Assembly: GCA_937127445.1 (NCBI GenBank)
Contig: CAKZLY010000030.1
Span: 10,023-74,022 of the forward strand
DNA from: an uncultured Ignavibacteria bacterium
Lineage (GTDB): Bacteria; Bacteroidota; Ignavibacteria; Kapaibacteriales; UBA2268
DNA length: 64,000 nucleotides
Direction of reading: 5' to 3'
A program made the position numbers and the translations under genes. Shown here one piece after another: positions 38,696-48,779 of this stretch. The notes under the pieces are model-generated. The model was not told the origin of the DNA. It did not search any database and worked only from the letters and a program-made list of their open reading frames with translations. Numbering within the stretch: position 1 is the first letter of the stretch; every line of letters begins with the position of its first letter.

Positions 38696-39601
38696 TTAGT
38701 AGTTTAAAATTCCGGCTTGATAAACGCAACCGGGAAGTGTTTTACCAAAGTAATCGGCAACTTGTTTTGCCAAATCAACAATATAAGGAAGAACAATATC
38801 TTTTCGCAAGTTCAACCTATGCAAGTAATGGGCAAAGTCTTCGGTAGAAACATTGCCTGAGGCAATTTTAGTGAATGGGCAACCACCTAATCCACCGAAA
38901 GCAGTTTCGAAATATTCGACTCCAATTTGCATTGCAACATAGATATTTGCCATACCAAGACCGTATGTATTATGGAAATGACAAGTTAGTTCTGTTTTAT
39001 CGGAACGCTTTTTGATTTCTTCAAACAAATCTTCTACTTGCTGTGGAAAGGCGTGTCCTGCAGTATCAGCAAGAGATATTTTGAATAAATCATTTTCTAA
39101 ATATTTGTCAATGATGGATAAAACACGTTCTTTTGGAACTAGACCTTCGAAACCACACCCGAAAGCACTCTGGACAGAGACCTGAACAGCAAAACCAGCG
39201 GATTTGGCTTGTTGTGCCATAGCAATAATTCTTTGTAGAGCTTCGGAAGTAGTCATTCCAGTATTTTTCTGACTGTGAGTTTCGCTTGCAGAAACACCCA
39301 TACAAATTAATTCAACGCCGGAGTTGATTGCACGCTCTAATCCTTTTTCATTTAATACAAGTCCGGAAAAGATTGGGTGCTTTGAGTTTGCATATTTTTG
39401 GTTGATTTCGAGAAAAAGTTCATCTGTATCGGCCATTTGAGGCATTCTTTGTGGGTTAACAAAAGAACCAACTTGAATAATATCAACATTTGCATTTACT
39501 AATCGGTCAATCCATTCAAGTTTTTTTTCTTTTGGGACAACAGATTTCTCCATTTGTAAACCATCACGCATCCCAACTTCGTGAATAAAAATATTTTTCA
39601 T
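38696..39601 (-). CDS. hydroxymethylglutaryl-CoA lyase
   Basis: HMGL-like TIM-barrel motifs: N-terminal HEVGMRDGLQ, and the metal-binding HFHNTYG region. Confidence 0.85.
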   Translation of the reverse strand: MKNIFIHEVGMRDGLQMEKSVVPKEKKLEWIDRLVNANVDIIQVGSFVNPQRMPQMADTDELFLEINQKYANSKHPIFSGLVLNEKGLERAINSGVELICMGVSASETHSQKNTGMTTSEALQRIIAMAQQAKSAGFAVQVSVQSAFGCGFEGLVPKERVLSIIDKYLENDLFKISLADTAGHAFPQQVEDLFEEIKKRSDKTELTCHFHNTYGLGMANIYVAMQIGVEYFETAFGGLGGCPFTKIASGNVSTEDFAHYLHRLNLRKDIVLPYIVDLAKQVADYFGKTLPGCVYQAGILNY

Positions 39602-39694
39602 ACTAAACCTTTTATAATTATTAACTAATACAAAATACTAAATAAACAAATTATTATTAAATTGATAGTAAAATTAATAAAAGTTTGAATAAAT

Positions 39695-40552
39695 ATGAAG
39701 ATTGACGATACAATATTTATTGAGGAAGTGCAAAAAAGATATGAATTATTGACCGACACATATATTAGTCTATATAATAATGCTTTAAAAAAATTTAAGA
39801 GCGATACAATTCACGATTTAAGAGTTTGTTCAAGAAGAATTATCACGTTGGTAGAATTTGCTTTAAGTAAAATTAACTCGGCATATGGAGAAAATTTAGT
39901 AAAAATATTAAAATTTCATTTCAATAAACTTTCCAAACTTCGTGACATTCAAATATTAATTGAAAATCACAAAGCAAAAGCAATAAATAGCGAATATTGG
40001 TTATTGTTCATTAACTATTTAATTAAGAAAGAGAAAAAAATAATCAAGAAATTGCAGCCGTTATTTTCACAGGATAATTTAGTTGAAATCGAAGGATTGT
40101 TTTTCTTTTTTGAATTAGAATTGCGGAATGCTCTAAAAAATGGGATTATCTCAGATGAAGATTTTATCATTGCATTAGACAAAAAGTATAAGCAGGCAAT
40201 AGATAGTTTTGATAAAATTGAAATAGAAAAAATTGATACCATTCATAAATTTCGCATAAAGTTCAAAAAATTCCGCTATTTGTATGAGTTTTTGCAACAA
40301 ATTGATACTGAGAATAGCATATCGAGTAAAGAATTAGGTAAGTATCAGACATTACTTGGAGATATTCAGGATAGCGAAATCCTAAATAAAAGCATATTAG
40401 TATTTGTAAGAAAGAGTGGAAAATGCAACTTGGCAAGCAAATTGCTTTCAGATGCAACAGGAATTAAAACTGCAGCAGTATTAAAATTCATTGAGAAGAA
40501 AGATGAAGTTTATAAATTCTGGGAAATACAATCAGATACCGTTTCCAAATAA
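39695..40552 (+). CDS. CHAD-domain protein
   Basis: All-helical with conserved His/Arg pattern (IHDLRVCSRRIITLVE, then later KFRIKFKKFRYLYEF), typical of the CHAD domain. Confidence 0.55.
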   Translation: MKIDDTIFIEEVQKRYELLTDTYISLYNNALKKFKSDTIHDLRVCSRRIITLVEFALSKINSAYGENLVKILKFHFNKLSKLRDIQILIENHKAKAINSEYWLLFINYLIKKEKKIIKKLQPLFSQDNLVEIEGLFFFFELELRNALKNGIISDEDFIIALDKKYKQAIDSFDKIEIEKIDTIHKFRIKFKKFRYLYEFLQQIDTENSISSKELGKYQTLLGDIQDSEILNKSILVFVRKSGKCNLASKLLSDATGIKTAAVLKFIEKKDEVYKFWEIQSDTVSK

Positions 40553-41266
40553 TCTGGAAATATTATCTACAACGCCATCATTATTTACTTCAAAGCGAAA
40601 GATGTAATTAACTTCATATTTCTTTATTGCAGTGGGACGAAAACTAACAATAAGTTGCCGAGGTGTTCCATTTGCTGGAATAGTGAGTGGAAATTGCTTC
40701 GGACTTAAATTTTCAATTTTAAAAACAGAAGAATCACCAATAATAGAGAAATTATCAATCAACACCTCATTTGAAGAAAAATTGTAAATATTGATGGAAC
40801 TAATTTTCATTGAACCGATTTGAACAGCGCCAAAATCAATATCTGATGAAAAAACAAGCGGCACACTATAATGAACTAAAAAGAAAGGACGAAAATATTC
40901 TCGGAAAAAAAGAGTATCTGTAAATTGTCCAAATTTTGTCGGGTTTATTTTTAATAATATACTATCATTTGAAAATGGAGATAGATAAAGACTTTTTAGA
41001 TTTTCAAGTTGGTAATTATTTTTATTTCCTTTAATTACAATATCTTTAAGCAAAATATATTGATAAGATAAATTTTCTATTTTTAAAGTTAAGTTAGTAT
41101 TTTTCCCAAAAAGCAGATTATCCAAGTCAATGTTGCTGGGAACAATTGCAAAAATTGTGTCGCCATCTTTGCGTAAATCCAAAACTTCACGGTTTGCTTG
41201 AATATCGATAGGATTGTCGCAAGCATTGAGTGCAAAAACAAGTAATATTATTAGCAAAATCGCCAT
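40532..41266 (-). CDS. hypothetical lipoprotein, last gene of the sigma/anti-sigma operon
   Basis: Lipobox ALNAC. Beta-rich. Its start shares a nucleotide with the anti-sigma stop. Confidence 0.45.
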   Translation of the reverse strand: MAILLIILLVFALNACDNPIDIQANREVLDLRKDGDTIFAIVPSNIDLDNLLFGKNTNLTLKIENLSYQYILLKDIVIKGNKNNYQLENLKSLYLSPFSNDSILLKINPTKFGQFTDTLFFREYFRPFFLVHYSVPLVFSSDIDFGAVQIGSMKISSINIYNFSSNEVLIDNFSIIGDSSVFKIENLSPKQFPLTIPANGTPRQLIVSFRPTAIKKYEVNYIFRFEVNNDGVVDNISRLFGNGI

Positions 41267-42450
41267 TAGAATTTAATCGATACTCCTCCGGATAGTCCAC
41301 TTTTCAAAGACGAATACCATTTATTCTGGAATTCGTAGAATAAGCCGGTATTTTCTATTCCAGCAAAAGCATAAACTTTGTTCGATAAGTAATATTTTGC
41401 ACCAATAATAATTTTAGAAACAGGCCCAATTCGAGTACCACCAATCATACCACGAACGAATGGACTAATAGACTTGTAATCTTCAAAAGTATATTGATAG
41501 GACGCACCAGCCCAAAAAGCAGTGTAGTTTTGTTTAACTAAAGCAGGGAAATCATCTATATTTCCTTTGAATTTCTGAACAAAATCTTCTTGTCCGAGTT
41601 CTATGGCAACAGAATTATTATTGTCAATATCATAGATAATTGCAAATCCAAAGTTGTTTAAAATTGGTTCACTAATAGGCTTGACATTAGCATTAACAAA
41701 GTTCTTAGCTTCGAAAAAACGAATTTGCATAGAGAGTTTATCTAAAAATTCAGTTTTTGTGAAAACTGTCTCGAATATTTGAGAAAAACGCTTTTTCTTT
41801 TTGAATAAGAAGTTCGAATTTGTTTCAATAATATCACTAACATCAATAAAAAATATAGGATTATCAACAGATTGCACTAGTTCTTCTTTGTTAATCATTG
41901 ATAATTCCCTTGTTTGAGATGAATTAGTATTTAGATTTGTGACAGGATTTGTAATTACCGTTGAGCTTTTTGATTTAATAATTTGTTTTGGTAATGCTTG
42001 ATAATTTTCGCTAAAAGAGCTTGACGCGGGAATTTCTTTTGGTAAATCAAATTTTGCAGAGACTAACGCTTGTGTATTATCTGCTTTCAGTTGTTCTTTA
42101 TCGAAGAATTGATAAGAAACAAAAGAAACAATCAGCAATAACAGAAGCGAAGACAGAATCAAAGTTAATCTTTTATTGAGTAGTTTCGAATAAATGGTTC
42201 TGGGGGTATTGGACACAGGAACAGAAGTAGCACCAATGGCAGCGAAGATGTTATTTTTCAAAGTTTCAGGAGGGACTAAAAGAGACTTTTTCAAAGTTTG
42301 AGAGATAATGATTTGCTGTCGCATTTCTTCTTGTAATTGCGGGCTTGACGCCATAGTAAGGAAGAGGCTTTCGCGTTCGGAGGCGTCAAGTTCCCCATCG
42401 AGGAAGGCGACAATTTTTTCAGAATAGTTAATATTTAGAAAATCATTCAT
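41266..42450 (-). CDS. membrane anti-sigma factor with porin-like C-terminal domain
   Basis: N-terminal about 60 aa are anti-sigma-like (VAFLDGELDASERESLF), a single TM (LTLILSSLLLLLIVSFVSY), and a C-terminal about 150 aa with alternating hydrophobic pattern ending in ...SGGVSIKF, a porin/OMP-like terminal Phe. Overlaps the sigma gene by 4 nt. Confidence 0.55.
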   Translation of the reverse strand: MNDFLNINYSEKIVAFLDGELDASERESLFLTMASSPQLQEEMRQQIIISQTLKKSLLVPPETLKNNIFAAIGATSVPVSNTPRTIYSKLLNKRLTLILSSLLLLLIVSFVSYQFFDKEQLKADNTQALVSAKFDLPKEIPASSSFSENYQALPKQIIKSKSSTVITNPVTNLNTNSSQTRELSMINKEELVQSVDNPIFFIDVSDIIETNSNFLFKKKKRFSQIFETVFTKTEFLDKLSMQIRFFEAKNFVNANVKPISEPILNNFGFAIIYDIDNNNSVAIELGQEDFVQKFKGNIDDFPALVKQNYTAFWAGASYQYTFEDYKSISPFVRGMIGGTRIGPVSKIIIGAKYYLSNKVYAFAGIENTGLFYEFQNKWYSSLKSGLSGGVSIKF

Positions 42451-43031
42451 TTTATTTTACCTATTTTGTTTTTTTCATTTTCGGTCAAGAAAGATGCTAA
42501 AAATTCTCTCAGTTTATTTTTAGCACGAAAGATACGGATTCGCACCACTGGCATAGAAATACCAAGAATATCAGCAATTTCTTGATAGGAAAAGTCCATA
42601 AACTCTCGCAGGACCAAAACTTCTCTATATTTTTCTGGAAGAGCGTCTAGCCCAATATTAATTAGTTCATTAATTTCTTTGTTTTCATAGGATTTATCGT
42701 AATATGCGAAATTAAAATTAGCAATATCTAAATGCGATGAATTTTTGGAATTTTTTTCGTTAAGACAAAGATTACGTGCAGTTTTTATCAAAAAGCCAAT
42801 GACATTGGTCATTTCTTTGCATTTTTTAGAAAATTCATAGAAACGGATGAATGTTTCTTGAAAAATATCGTCTGATGCAGGTGAGTTATTTAATATTTTT
42901 CGAATATAAGTATAGATTTTCGAAGAATATCTATTATATAATTCCTCGAACGCAAGAAAAGACAATCGATCGCCTTTTGCCATCAGCAGAAAAAGTTCCT
43001 CATCTTTAATATTTTTTAGATCAGTTTTCAT
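42447..43031 (-). CDS. ECF-subfamily RNA polymerase sigma-70 factor
   Basis: Region 2 (DIFQETFIRFYEF) and region 4 HTH (YQEIADILGISMPVVRIRIFRAKNKLR). Confidence 0.85.
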   Translation of the reverse strand: MKTDLKNIKDEELFLLMAKGDRLSFLAFEELYNRYSSKIYTYIRKILNNSPASDDIFQETFIRFYEFSKKCKEMTNVIGFLIKTARNLCLNEKNSKNSSHLDIANFNFAYYDKSYENKEINELINIGLDALPEKYREVLVLREFMDFSYQEIADILGISMPVVRIRIFRAKNKLREFLASFLTENEKNKIGKIK

Positions 43032-43149
43032 CTAAAAAGAAAAACAATCGAACTGCCAAAAAGTAACAAAAAAATATCACAAATTTTCAAACGAATAATT
43101 CGTAAAAAATTGCTAATTTTATTTTTTGTAAAATATTTTTGATTTATGA

Positions 43150-44622
43150 ATGATGGAAATACGGTTATATAACTCATTAACTAAAAAAGTAGAGACATTT
43201 GTCCCAATCAAAGATAACGAAGTGAGAATGTATTCTTGCGGTCCAACTGTATATAATTACGCACATATAGGTAATATGAGAGCATTTTTATTTGCTGATT
43301 TTTTACAAAGGGTGTTAAGAGTTGTGGGTGGTTATAGGATGCGATGGGTAATGAATATAACAGACATAGATGATAAAACGATACGCGACAGTAAGATTGG
43401 TTCACTAGAATGGAAAACCGAAATGGGTGAACAAACAGAAGACCCACGAGAAAATTTAAAGAAATTCACGAATTATTATCTTGAAGCATTTATTGAGGAT
43501 ATTTCAAGACTTGGAATTAAAAAAGAACACTTTTATTCTATGCCAAGAGCCACAGAATATATAAAGCCTATGCAAGAATTAATACTGAAAATTATGAAAA
43601 ATGGTTTTGCTTACATTTCAGAAGGTTCAGTATATTTTGATGTTTCTGCCTGGCGAGAAGTTGATGTTTATGGGAAATTATACAGAATTGACTTCGATAA
43701 TTTTAAGAGTGGGTATAGAATTGATGCAGACCAATACGAAAGAGAACAAGTAAGCGATTTTGTTCTATGGAAATCTTACAAGGAAGGCGAACCTTGTTGG
43801 GATTTTTATATTGATGGGACGAACTATCCTGGTCGCCCTGGCTGGCATATTGAGTGTTCATCTATGGAATATGAACTATTAGGATTGCCATTCGATATAC
43901 ATACAGGTGGGGTTGATTTAAAATTCCCGCATCACGAAGATGAAATTGCTCAAAGCAAGGCAGGATATAGCATTGATCCAACAGCATTCTGGTGTCATAA
44001 CGAATTTCTGGAAGTCGAAGGCGAAAAAATGAGTAAATCGCTTGGAAATTTCTTCACTCTTAGAGACTTAATTGCCAAAGGCTTGGACCCCATAGATATT
44101 CGTTTTGCTATGCTATCGGCGCATTATTCATCAAAATATAATTTCACTTTCGATGGAATTAGTGCAGCAAGAAAGGCAAGATTGAAAGTGCAAGAATATA
44201 TTTATGATTTGTGGGATAAAGCCGCTGGGATTGCTGGCGAAAAAATTGAAGGAGCAGCCTTTGAATTACAGAATAAAGTATTTACCGAACTTGCAAACGA
44301 TTTGCATTCTCCGAAAGCGTTAGCAGCGTTGTTTTCGTTTATTAACGAAAACGAGGTTGATAAAATAAGTGTGGAAGATGCGAGAAAATTACTAACAGTA
44401 ATGTCGCAAGTAAATGATATTTATTCAGTCTGGGAAATATCTGAACGCAAAGAAGTTAAAGAAGAAATTCCACAAGAGATAATAGATTTAGCTGAGGAAA
44501 GACTTTCGGCGAAAAAGGCAAAAGATTTTAAGCGAGCCGATGAAATTAGGAATAAAATTATTGAAATAGGCTATTCGATAAAAGATACAAAAGAGGGATA
44601 CGAAATATCGAGAGCTAACTAA
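43150..44622 (+). CDS. cysS: cysteine--tRNA ligase
   Basis: CGPTVYNYAHIGN (HIGH), Zn/Cys-binding region, KMSKSLGN. Confidence 0.9.
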   Translation: MMEIRLYNSLTKKVETFVPIKDNEVRMYSCGPTVYNYAHIGNMRAFLFADFLQRVLRVVGGYRMRWVMNITDIDDKTIRDSKIGSLEWKTEMGEQTEDPRENLKKFTNYYLEAFIEDISRLGIKKEHFYSMPRATEYIKPMQELILKIMKNGFAYISEGSVYFDVSAWREVDVYGKLYRIDFDNFKSGYRIDADQYEREQVSDFVLWKSYKEGEPCWDFYIDGTNYPGRPGWHIECSSMEYELLGLPFDIHTGGVDLKFPHHEDEIAQSKAGYSIDPTAFWCHNEFLEVEGEKMSKSLGNFFTLRDLIAKGLDPIDIRFAMLSAHYSSKYNFTFDGISAARKARLKVQEYIYDLWDKAAGIAGEKIEGAAFELQNKVFTELANDLHSPKALAALFSFINENEVDKISVEDARKLLTVMSQVNDIYSVWEISERKEVKEEIPQEIIDLAEERLSAKKAKDFKRADEIRNKIIEIGYSIKDTKEGYEISRAN

Positions 44623-46576
44623 TAATCTTTCTCACTGTATCGATATTCTCAATACTACCGAATAATAGAACGATATCCCCCGATTGAATACGAAAATCAG
44701 GCGGGGGATTAATTATTACTTCCGAGTTACGCTGAACAGCAATAATAGCAGTTGAGTATTTGCCACGCAAATCTGCTTCGAACAGGGTTTTGCCATCGAG
44801 ATAAGAATTTTTATTTACTTTTGTTGCATAAGTTCGATGGTTGCTCAGCTTGGATAAAAAAACTTTATGTTTGATAGATTTTTTGATATTTCTAAACAGT
44901 TCATATCGATTTCCACGAATGTAGTTTGCGAATTTTTCAATATCTTCGGAAGGAACATTGAAAATATGTAAAACGCGGGTAAAAATTTCAATAGATGTTT
45001 CAAATTCCTCTGGGATAACTTCATCAACACCTAATGAATAAAGGGTGTCCATTTCCCTATCGTAGCGAGTTCTAATAATCAGATAGACGTCTGGGTTCAT
45101 CCTTTTGACAATTTTGGCAATGGCGTGTTCAGCAATTGGGTCTGGAATAGTAGAGACAACGATTTTAGCAGAAGCAATGCCCGCTTTCATAAGAATAAGT
45201 TCGCGAGTTGCATCGCCGAAGATAATTTTTTCTCCTTTTTTTGCTTCTTCCCTGACGGTAACAGGGTTCATTTCGATTATAGAATATGGAATATTGGCAA
45301 ACCTGGCAGCAGCAGCTAAATTTCTTCCATTAAGTCCAAACCCAATGATAATAAGGTGATTGCTGAGATTGAAAATGTTATTCACTTCATTAGCAATTGA
45401 TTTATCTTTTTTGTATCTTTCTGAAATATTATTAATTAAGAGCATTCCGAGTTCAATCAGAATAGGATTGATCGTGATAGAAAGAACAGTTGTAGCAAGA
45501 AAAAGTTGATGAGTAAAGCCATTTATAAGCCCGAATGAAATACCAGTAATCGCCAAAACAAAGGCAAATTCTCCGATTTGAGCGACCGTCAAACCAGTCA
45601 GAGTGGAAACCCGAATACTTTTAGTTAGCAAATACGATGGAACAAACGCAGAAATGAATTTAATTGATACTAAAATAAACAGTGCGAAAAGAACAGCACC
45701 ATAGTTATTGAGAAGAAAATTAATATCAAGGAGCATTCCGACAGAAACGAAAAAGAAACTTGCAAAAACCTCTTTAAAAGGTTCAATGTTCGACAGTGCT
45801 TCTTCGCTATATTCAGTTTCCGAAATGACAAGTCCAGCAATAAATCCACCAAGAGCGAGAGAAATGCCAATCAGAGAAGAAATCCAAACAGTAATAATGC
45901 AAATAGACAAGATAACAAGAATAAACAGTTCTTTGATACGAGTTTTAGCGATTTGAAAAATTAAGTTTGGCATTATATATTTTACAGAAACAAAAATAAA
46001 TCCAACGATAAATAAAGTTTTCCCAAAAAGTATAATAATTTCTTCTTCGAAATTAACACCCCCACCTACAAGTAGCGGGACAAGCAAAAACATTGGTAAA
46101 ATAACCAAATCCTGGAAAATTGAAATACTCAGAGAAAGCCTTCCAGCAGGGCTATCGGTACCTAATCGGTGAGAAATAATTTTCATCATCAAGGCAGTAG
46201 AGCTCAGAGCAATTAAAAAACCAATAAATATTGCCTGATTAAGATTAAAATTCAAAAAAGAAGAAAGCAAAACTGATAACGCAATGGTAAGCCCGACTTG
46301 CAATCCACCACCAACAAACACATTCCTTTTGATTGAGAAGAGTTTAGTAAGTGAAAATTCTATACCAACAGAGAACAAGATTAAAATAACGCCTACTTCT
46401 GCAATAAGTTGAACCTGAGACAAATCAGAAATAAGTTTCAATCCAAAAGGTCCGATAAGCATACCTGTAAGCAGGAAACCAACGATTGAGGGAAGTTTAA
46501 GCTTATGGAACAAAAATACAACAAAAATCGAAGTACCGATGATAATCAAAAAGTCTCTTAATAGATGGTGTTCCAT
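44615..46576 (-). CDS. CPA2-family cation/proton antiporter with C-terminal TrkA-N and TrkA-C (RCK) domains (KefB/KefC-like)
   Basis: About 12 TM N-terminal half. GxGxxG Rossmann (LIIIGFGLNGRN), C-terminal TrkA-C. Confidence 0.8.
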   Translation of the reverse strand: MEHHLLRDFLIIIGTSIFVVFLFHKLKLPSIVGFLLTGMLIGPFGLKLISDLSQVQLIAEVGVILILFSVGIEFSLTKLFSIKRNVFVGGGLQVGLTIALSVLLSSFLNFNLNQAIFIGFLIALSSTALMMKIISHRLGTDSPAGRLSLSISIFQDLVILPMFLLVPLLVGGGVNFEEEIIILFGKTLFIVGFIFVSVKYIMPNLIFQIAKTRIKELFILVILSICIITVWISSLIGISLALGGFIAGLVISETEYSEEALSNIEPFKEVFASFFFVSVGMLLDINFLLNNYGAVLFALFILVSIKFISAFVPSYLLTKSIRVSTLTGLTVAQIGEFAFVLAITGISFGLINGFTHQLFLATTVLSITINPILIELGMLLINNISERYKKDKSIANEVNNIFNLSNHLIIIGFGLNGRNLAAAARFANIPYSIIEMNPVTVREEAKKGEKIIFGDATRELILMKAGIASAKIVVSTIPDPIAEHAIAKIVKRMNPDVYLIIRTRYDREMDTLYSLGVDEVIPEEFETSIEIFTRVLHIFNVPSEDIEKFANYIRGNRYELFRNIKKSIKHKVFLSKLSNHRTYATKVNKNSYLDGKTLFEADLRGKYSTAIIAVQRNSEVIINPPPDFRIQSGDIVLLFGSIENIDTVRKIIS

Positions 46577-46578
46577 AT

Positions 46579-47472
46579 CTAAAATTTCAAGTAGTGCATT
46601 AATTTATAAACTAAGCTGGCAGTTGTCAAATTTGGGTGATGCAAACCCTCGATTGGAGCCAATTCGACGACATCGAAGCCAATAATTTTCTTGTTTTGCT
46701 TTTGCATTTCGTAGAAAATATCAAGAACTTCTGCATAGAAAAGACCGTTGGGTTCGGGAGTGCCAGTCGATGGCATAAGTGATGGGTCGAAACAATCGAC
46801 ATCGAAAGTTACATAAACGTTTTCAGCAAGGGTATCAGCAACAACTTTTTGCCAGTTATCACCCCAGATTTTTCTTCGAATTTGCCATGCATAGAAAGTA
46901 TTGATATTGTTTTGCTTAATAAAATTGGCTTCTTCGATACATTGGGCACGAATACCGACCTGAGTAATGTTTTTAGTTCCAAAAAATTCAACAACTCGAT
47001 GCATAAAGGAAGCGTGAGAATATGGATTATCCTCATAATTTTCTCGTAAATCCGAGTGAGCATCAAAATGCAGAATTGACATTTCTGGATATTTCTTGAA
47101 GTGAGACTTTATTGGAGCCGTCGAAATTGTGTGTTCACCACCTAAAGTAACCACAAATTTGCCATCTGCGAGGAGTTTATCGACGGTTTGTTCAATCAAA
47201 TCAAGTGCTTCTTTATCGTGTTTTCCATTGAATTCAATTGAGTATAGCGTTGCAATACCTTTATCAAAGCAGAGCTGGCTATTGAACTCTTCGTCATAAA
47301 ATTCGACATAATGAGAAGCTTCGATAATGGCATCTGGTCCGAGAGCAGTACCTTGCCCATAGCTTGTAGTATGTTCGTAAGGGACAGGAAGAATAACTAT
47401 TTTCGAATTTTCATAAGAAGAGAATTCATCTTCGATTGCAAGGAAATTTTCAGAAATATTTTTTGTTTTCAT
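46579..47472 (-). CDS. arginase/agmatinase/formiminoglutamase-family ureohydrolase
   Basis: Mn-binding motifs GGEHTIS, HFDAHSDL, DVDCFDP. Likely start MKTKN (ATG complement 47470-47472). Confidence 0.8.
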   Translation of the reverse strand: MKTKNISENFLAIEDEFSSYENSKIVILPVPYEHTTSYGQGTALGPDAIIEASHYVEFYDEEFNSQLCFDKGIATLYSIEFNGKHDKEALDLIEQTVDKLLADGKFVVTLGGEHTISTAPIKSHFKKYPEMSILHFDAHSDLRENYEDNPYSHASFMHRVVEFFGTKNITQVGIRAQCIEEANFIKQNNINTFYAWQIRRKIWGDNWQKVVADTLAENVYVTFDVDCFDPSLMPSTGTPEPNGLFYAEVLDIFYEMQKQNKKIIGFDVVELAPIEGLHHPNLTTASLVYKLMHYLKF

Positions 47473-47594
47473 ATCTACTATTTCGATTAATACAAAAATG
47501 TATAAACGAAAATAGAGAGTTAATAATTTATTTGTTAAATTAATTCTAATCTTCATTCGTTAAAGATATGAAAAATATTTAATTTGAGGGAAAT

Positions 47595-48374
47595 ATGAAA
47601 AAAACATTGTTTTTATTTTTATTCGTATTATTAGCTACTTCAAGAATATTAGCACAAGATGACGAGCTGGATAATTTCTCATTTGAAACGGAACCATTGA
47701 AAAGCGAGAGCAATCCATATTTTTCAGTTGGGGCAGGTTATCAGCTTACTTTTTTGATGCTAAATTATGACGAACTCAATAAATATGTTGCTGATAAGCT
47801 TGGGTTAGACAAGTTTGAAGGTATTTTTACATTAGGTGGGGTTCATGGATTTACAGGACTTGTTGTAATTCCAAATACTCGTCTTGGCTTTTTCGGTATA
47901 AGCGGGAGTAAAATTTCAGAGAAAGAAAATTCTACAACAAATTTGAAACGAACTGCAGAATTAAAAGTTGCAATAAATGGATTTTCGATTGATTATGGAA
48001 TAGTCCCAATAAAAAGTCTGGCAGTGCTTCCAGGGCTGAATTTTGGTTGGGGGAATTATATACTTGAAACAACAGAGACGCCAGCTTCAATTGATTGGAC
48101 AGACGTTGATAATATAATTGTCGGGTCTGCTAAAATGAACAGGATTGAGAACAAATTTATGATGGTTCAGCCACAATTAAGCGTAGAATATGCTGTAACT
48201 AATTTTGCTATGATACGTGCCAACGTGCATTATAACTTGACTTTCGACAATCCACTTGTAGATAAAAAATGGACTTTCAATAAGGATGCGGAGCTGAAAA
48301 ATACACCTAATAAGATGAATAGTAATGGGTTGGGATTGCAGATAGGTATATATTTAGGTTTGTTTAATTATTAA
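47595..48374 (+). CDS. secreted putative outer-membrane beta-barrel protein
   Basis: Signal peptide, alternating hydrophobic beta-strands, aromatic C-terminus (...IGIYLGLFNY). Confidence 0.45.
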   Translation: MKKTLFLFLFVLLATSRILAQDDELDNFSFETEPLKSESNPYFSVGAGYQLTFLMLNYDELNKYVADKLGLDKFEGIFTLGGVHGFTGLVVIPNTRLGFFGISGSKISEKENSTTNLKRTAELKVAINGFSIDYGIVPIKSLAVLPGLNFGWGNYILETTETPASIDWTDVDNIIVGSAKMNRIENKFMMVQPQLSVEYAVTNFAMIRANVHYNLTFDNPLVDKKWTFNKDAELKNTPNKMNSNGLGLQIGIYLGLFNY

Positions 48375-48454
48375 TTTGTATTTTATCAATTTTTTCTTAT
48401 TTTTGTAGTCTATAAAATATCTGATTATTTAGATATTAGTAGATAAGAATAAAG

Positions 48455-48528
48455 GGGCCTGTAGCTCAATTGGTTAGAGCGCCGGACTCATAATCCGTCG
48501 GTTGGGGGTTCAAGTCCCTCCAGGCCCA
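48455..48528 (+). tRNA. tRNA with CAT anticodon (elongator Met or lysidine-modified Ile2)
   Basis: Acceptor GGGCCTG/CAGGCCC, D-arm TAGCTCAATTGGTTAGAGC, anticodon loop CTCATAA, T-arm GGGGG-TTCAAGT-CCCTC, discriminator A. Confidence 0.8.
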
Positions 48529-48532
48529 CAAA

Positions 48533-48562
48533 AAGCTGCCACAAAAGGGCAGTTTTTTTGTT
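48533..48562 (+). terminator. rho-independent terminator after the tRNA
   Basis: GCTGCC-ACAAAAG-GGCAG followed by TTTTTTT. Confidence 0.65.
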
Positions 48563-48730
48563 TATGCGTAAACAAAAATTAGTTTTAATAATTTTACTCG
48601 ACTAAGTGTACTGGTAATAAAATGAATTGGTTGATATTTTGAATCTTACATTGTTCTAATTATTGTATAAATAATTGATTAATAATGTTTTAAAAATTAA
48701 GGTTAAAAAAATAAAAAGAATTATAAAAAA

Positions 48731-48770
48731 AGGCTGCCACAAAACTCAAGGACAGCCTTTTTTAATATAT
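48731..48770 (-). terminator. terminator downstream of pckA
   Basis: AGGCTGCC-(14 nt)-GGACAGCCT hairpin with A/T runs on both sides. Confidence 0.6.
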
Positions 48771-48779
48771 AACAGTGGA

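Noticed and set aside
47473-47556. 28-aa N-terminal extension of the agmatinase-like ORF
   Set aside because: Hydrophobic junk-like sequence. Start MKTKN fits the ureohydrolase alignment.
48375-48779. Possible tRNA-associated integration site after tRNA-CAT (about 250 bp AT-rich non-coding stretch)
   Set aside because: No integrase, no direct repeat of the tRNA 3' end, and the flanking genes (an OMP, pckA) are housekeeping. The stretch contains two ordinary terminators.
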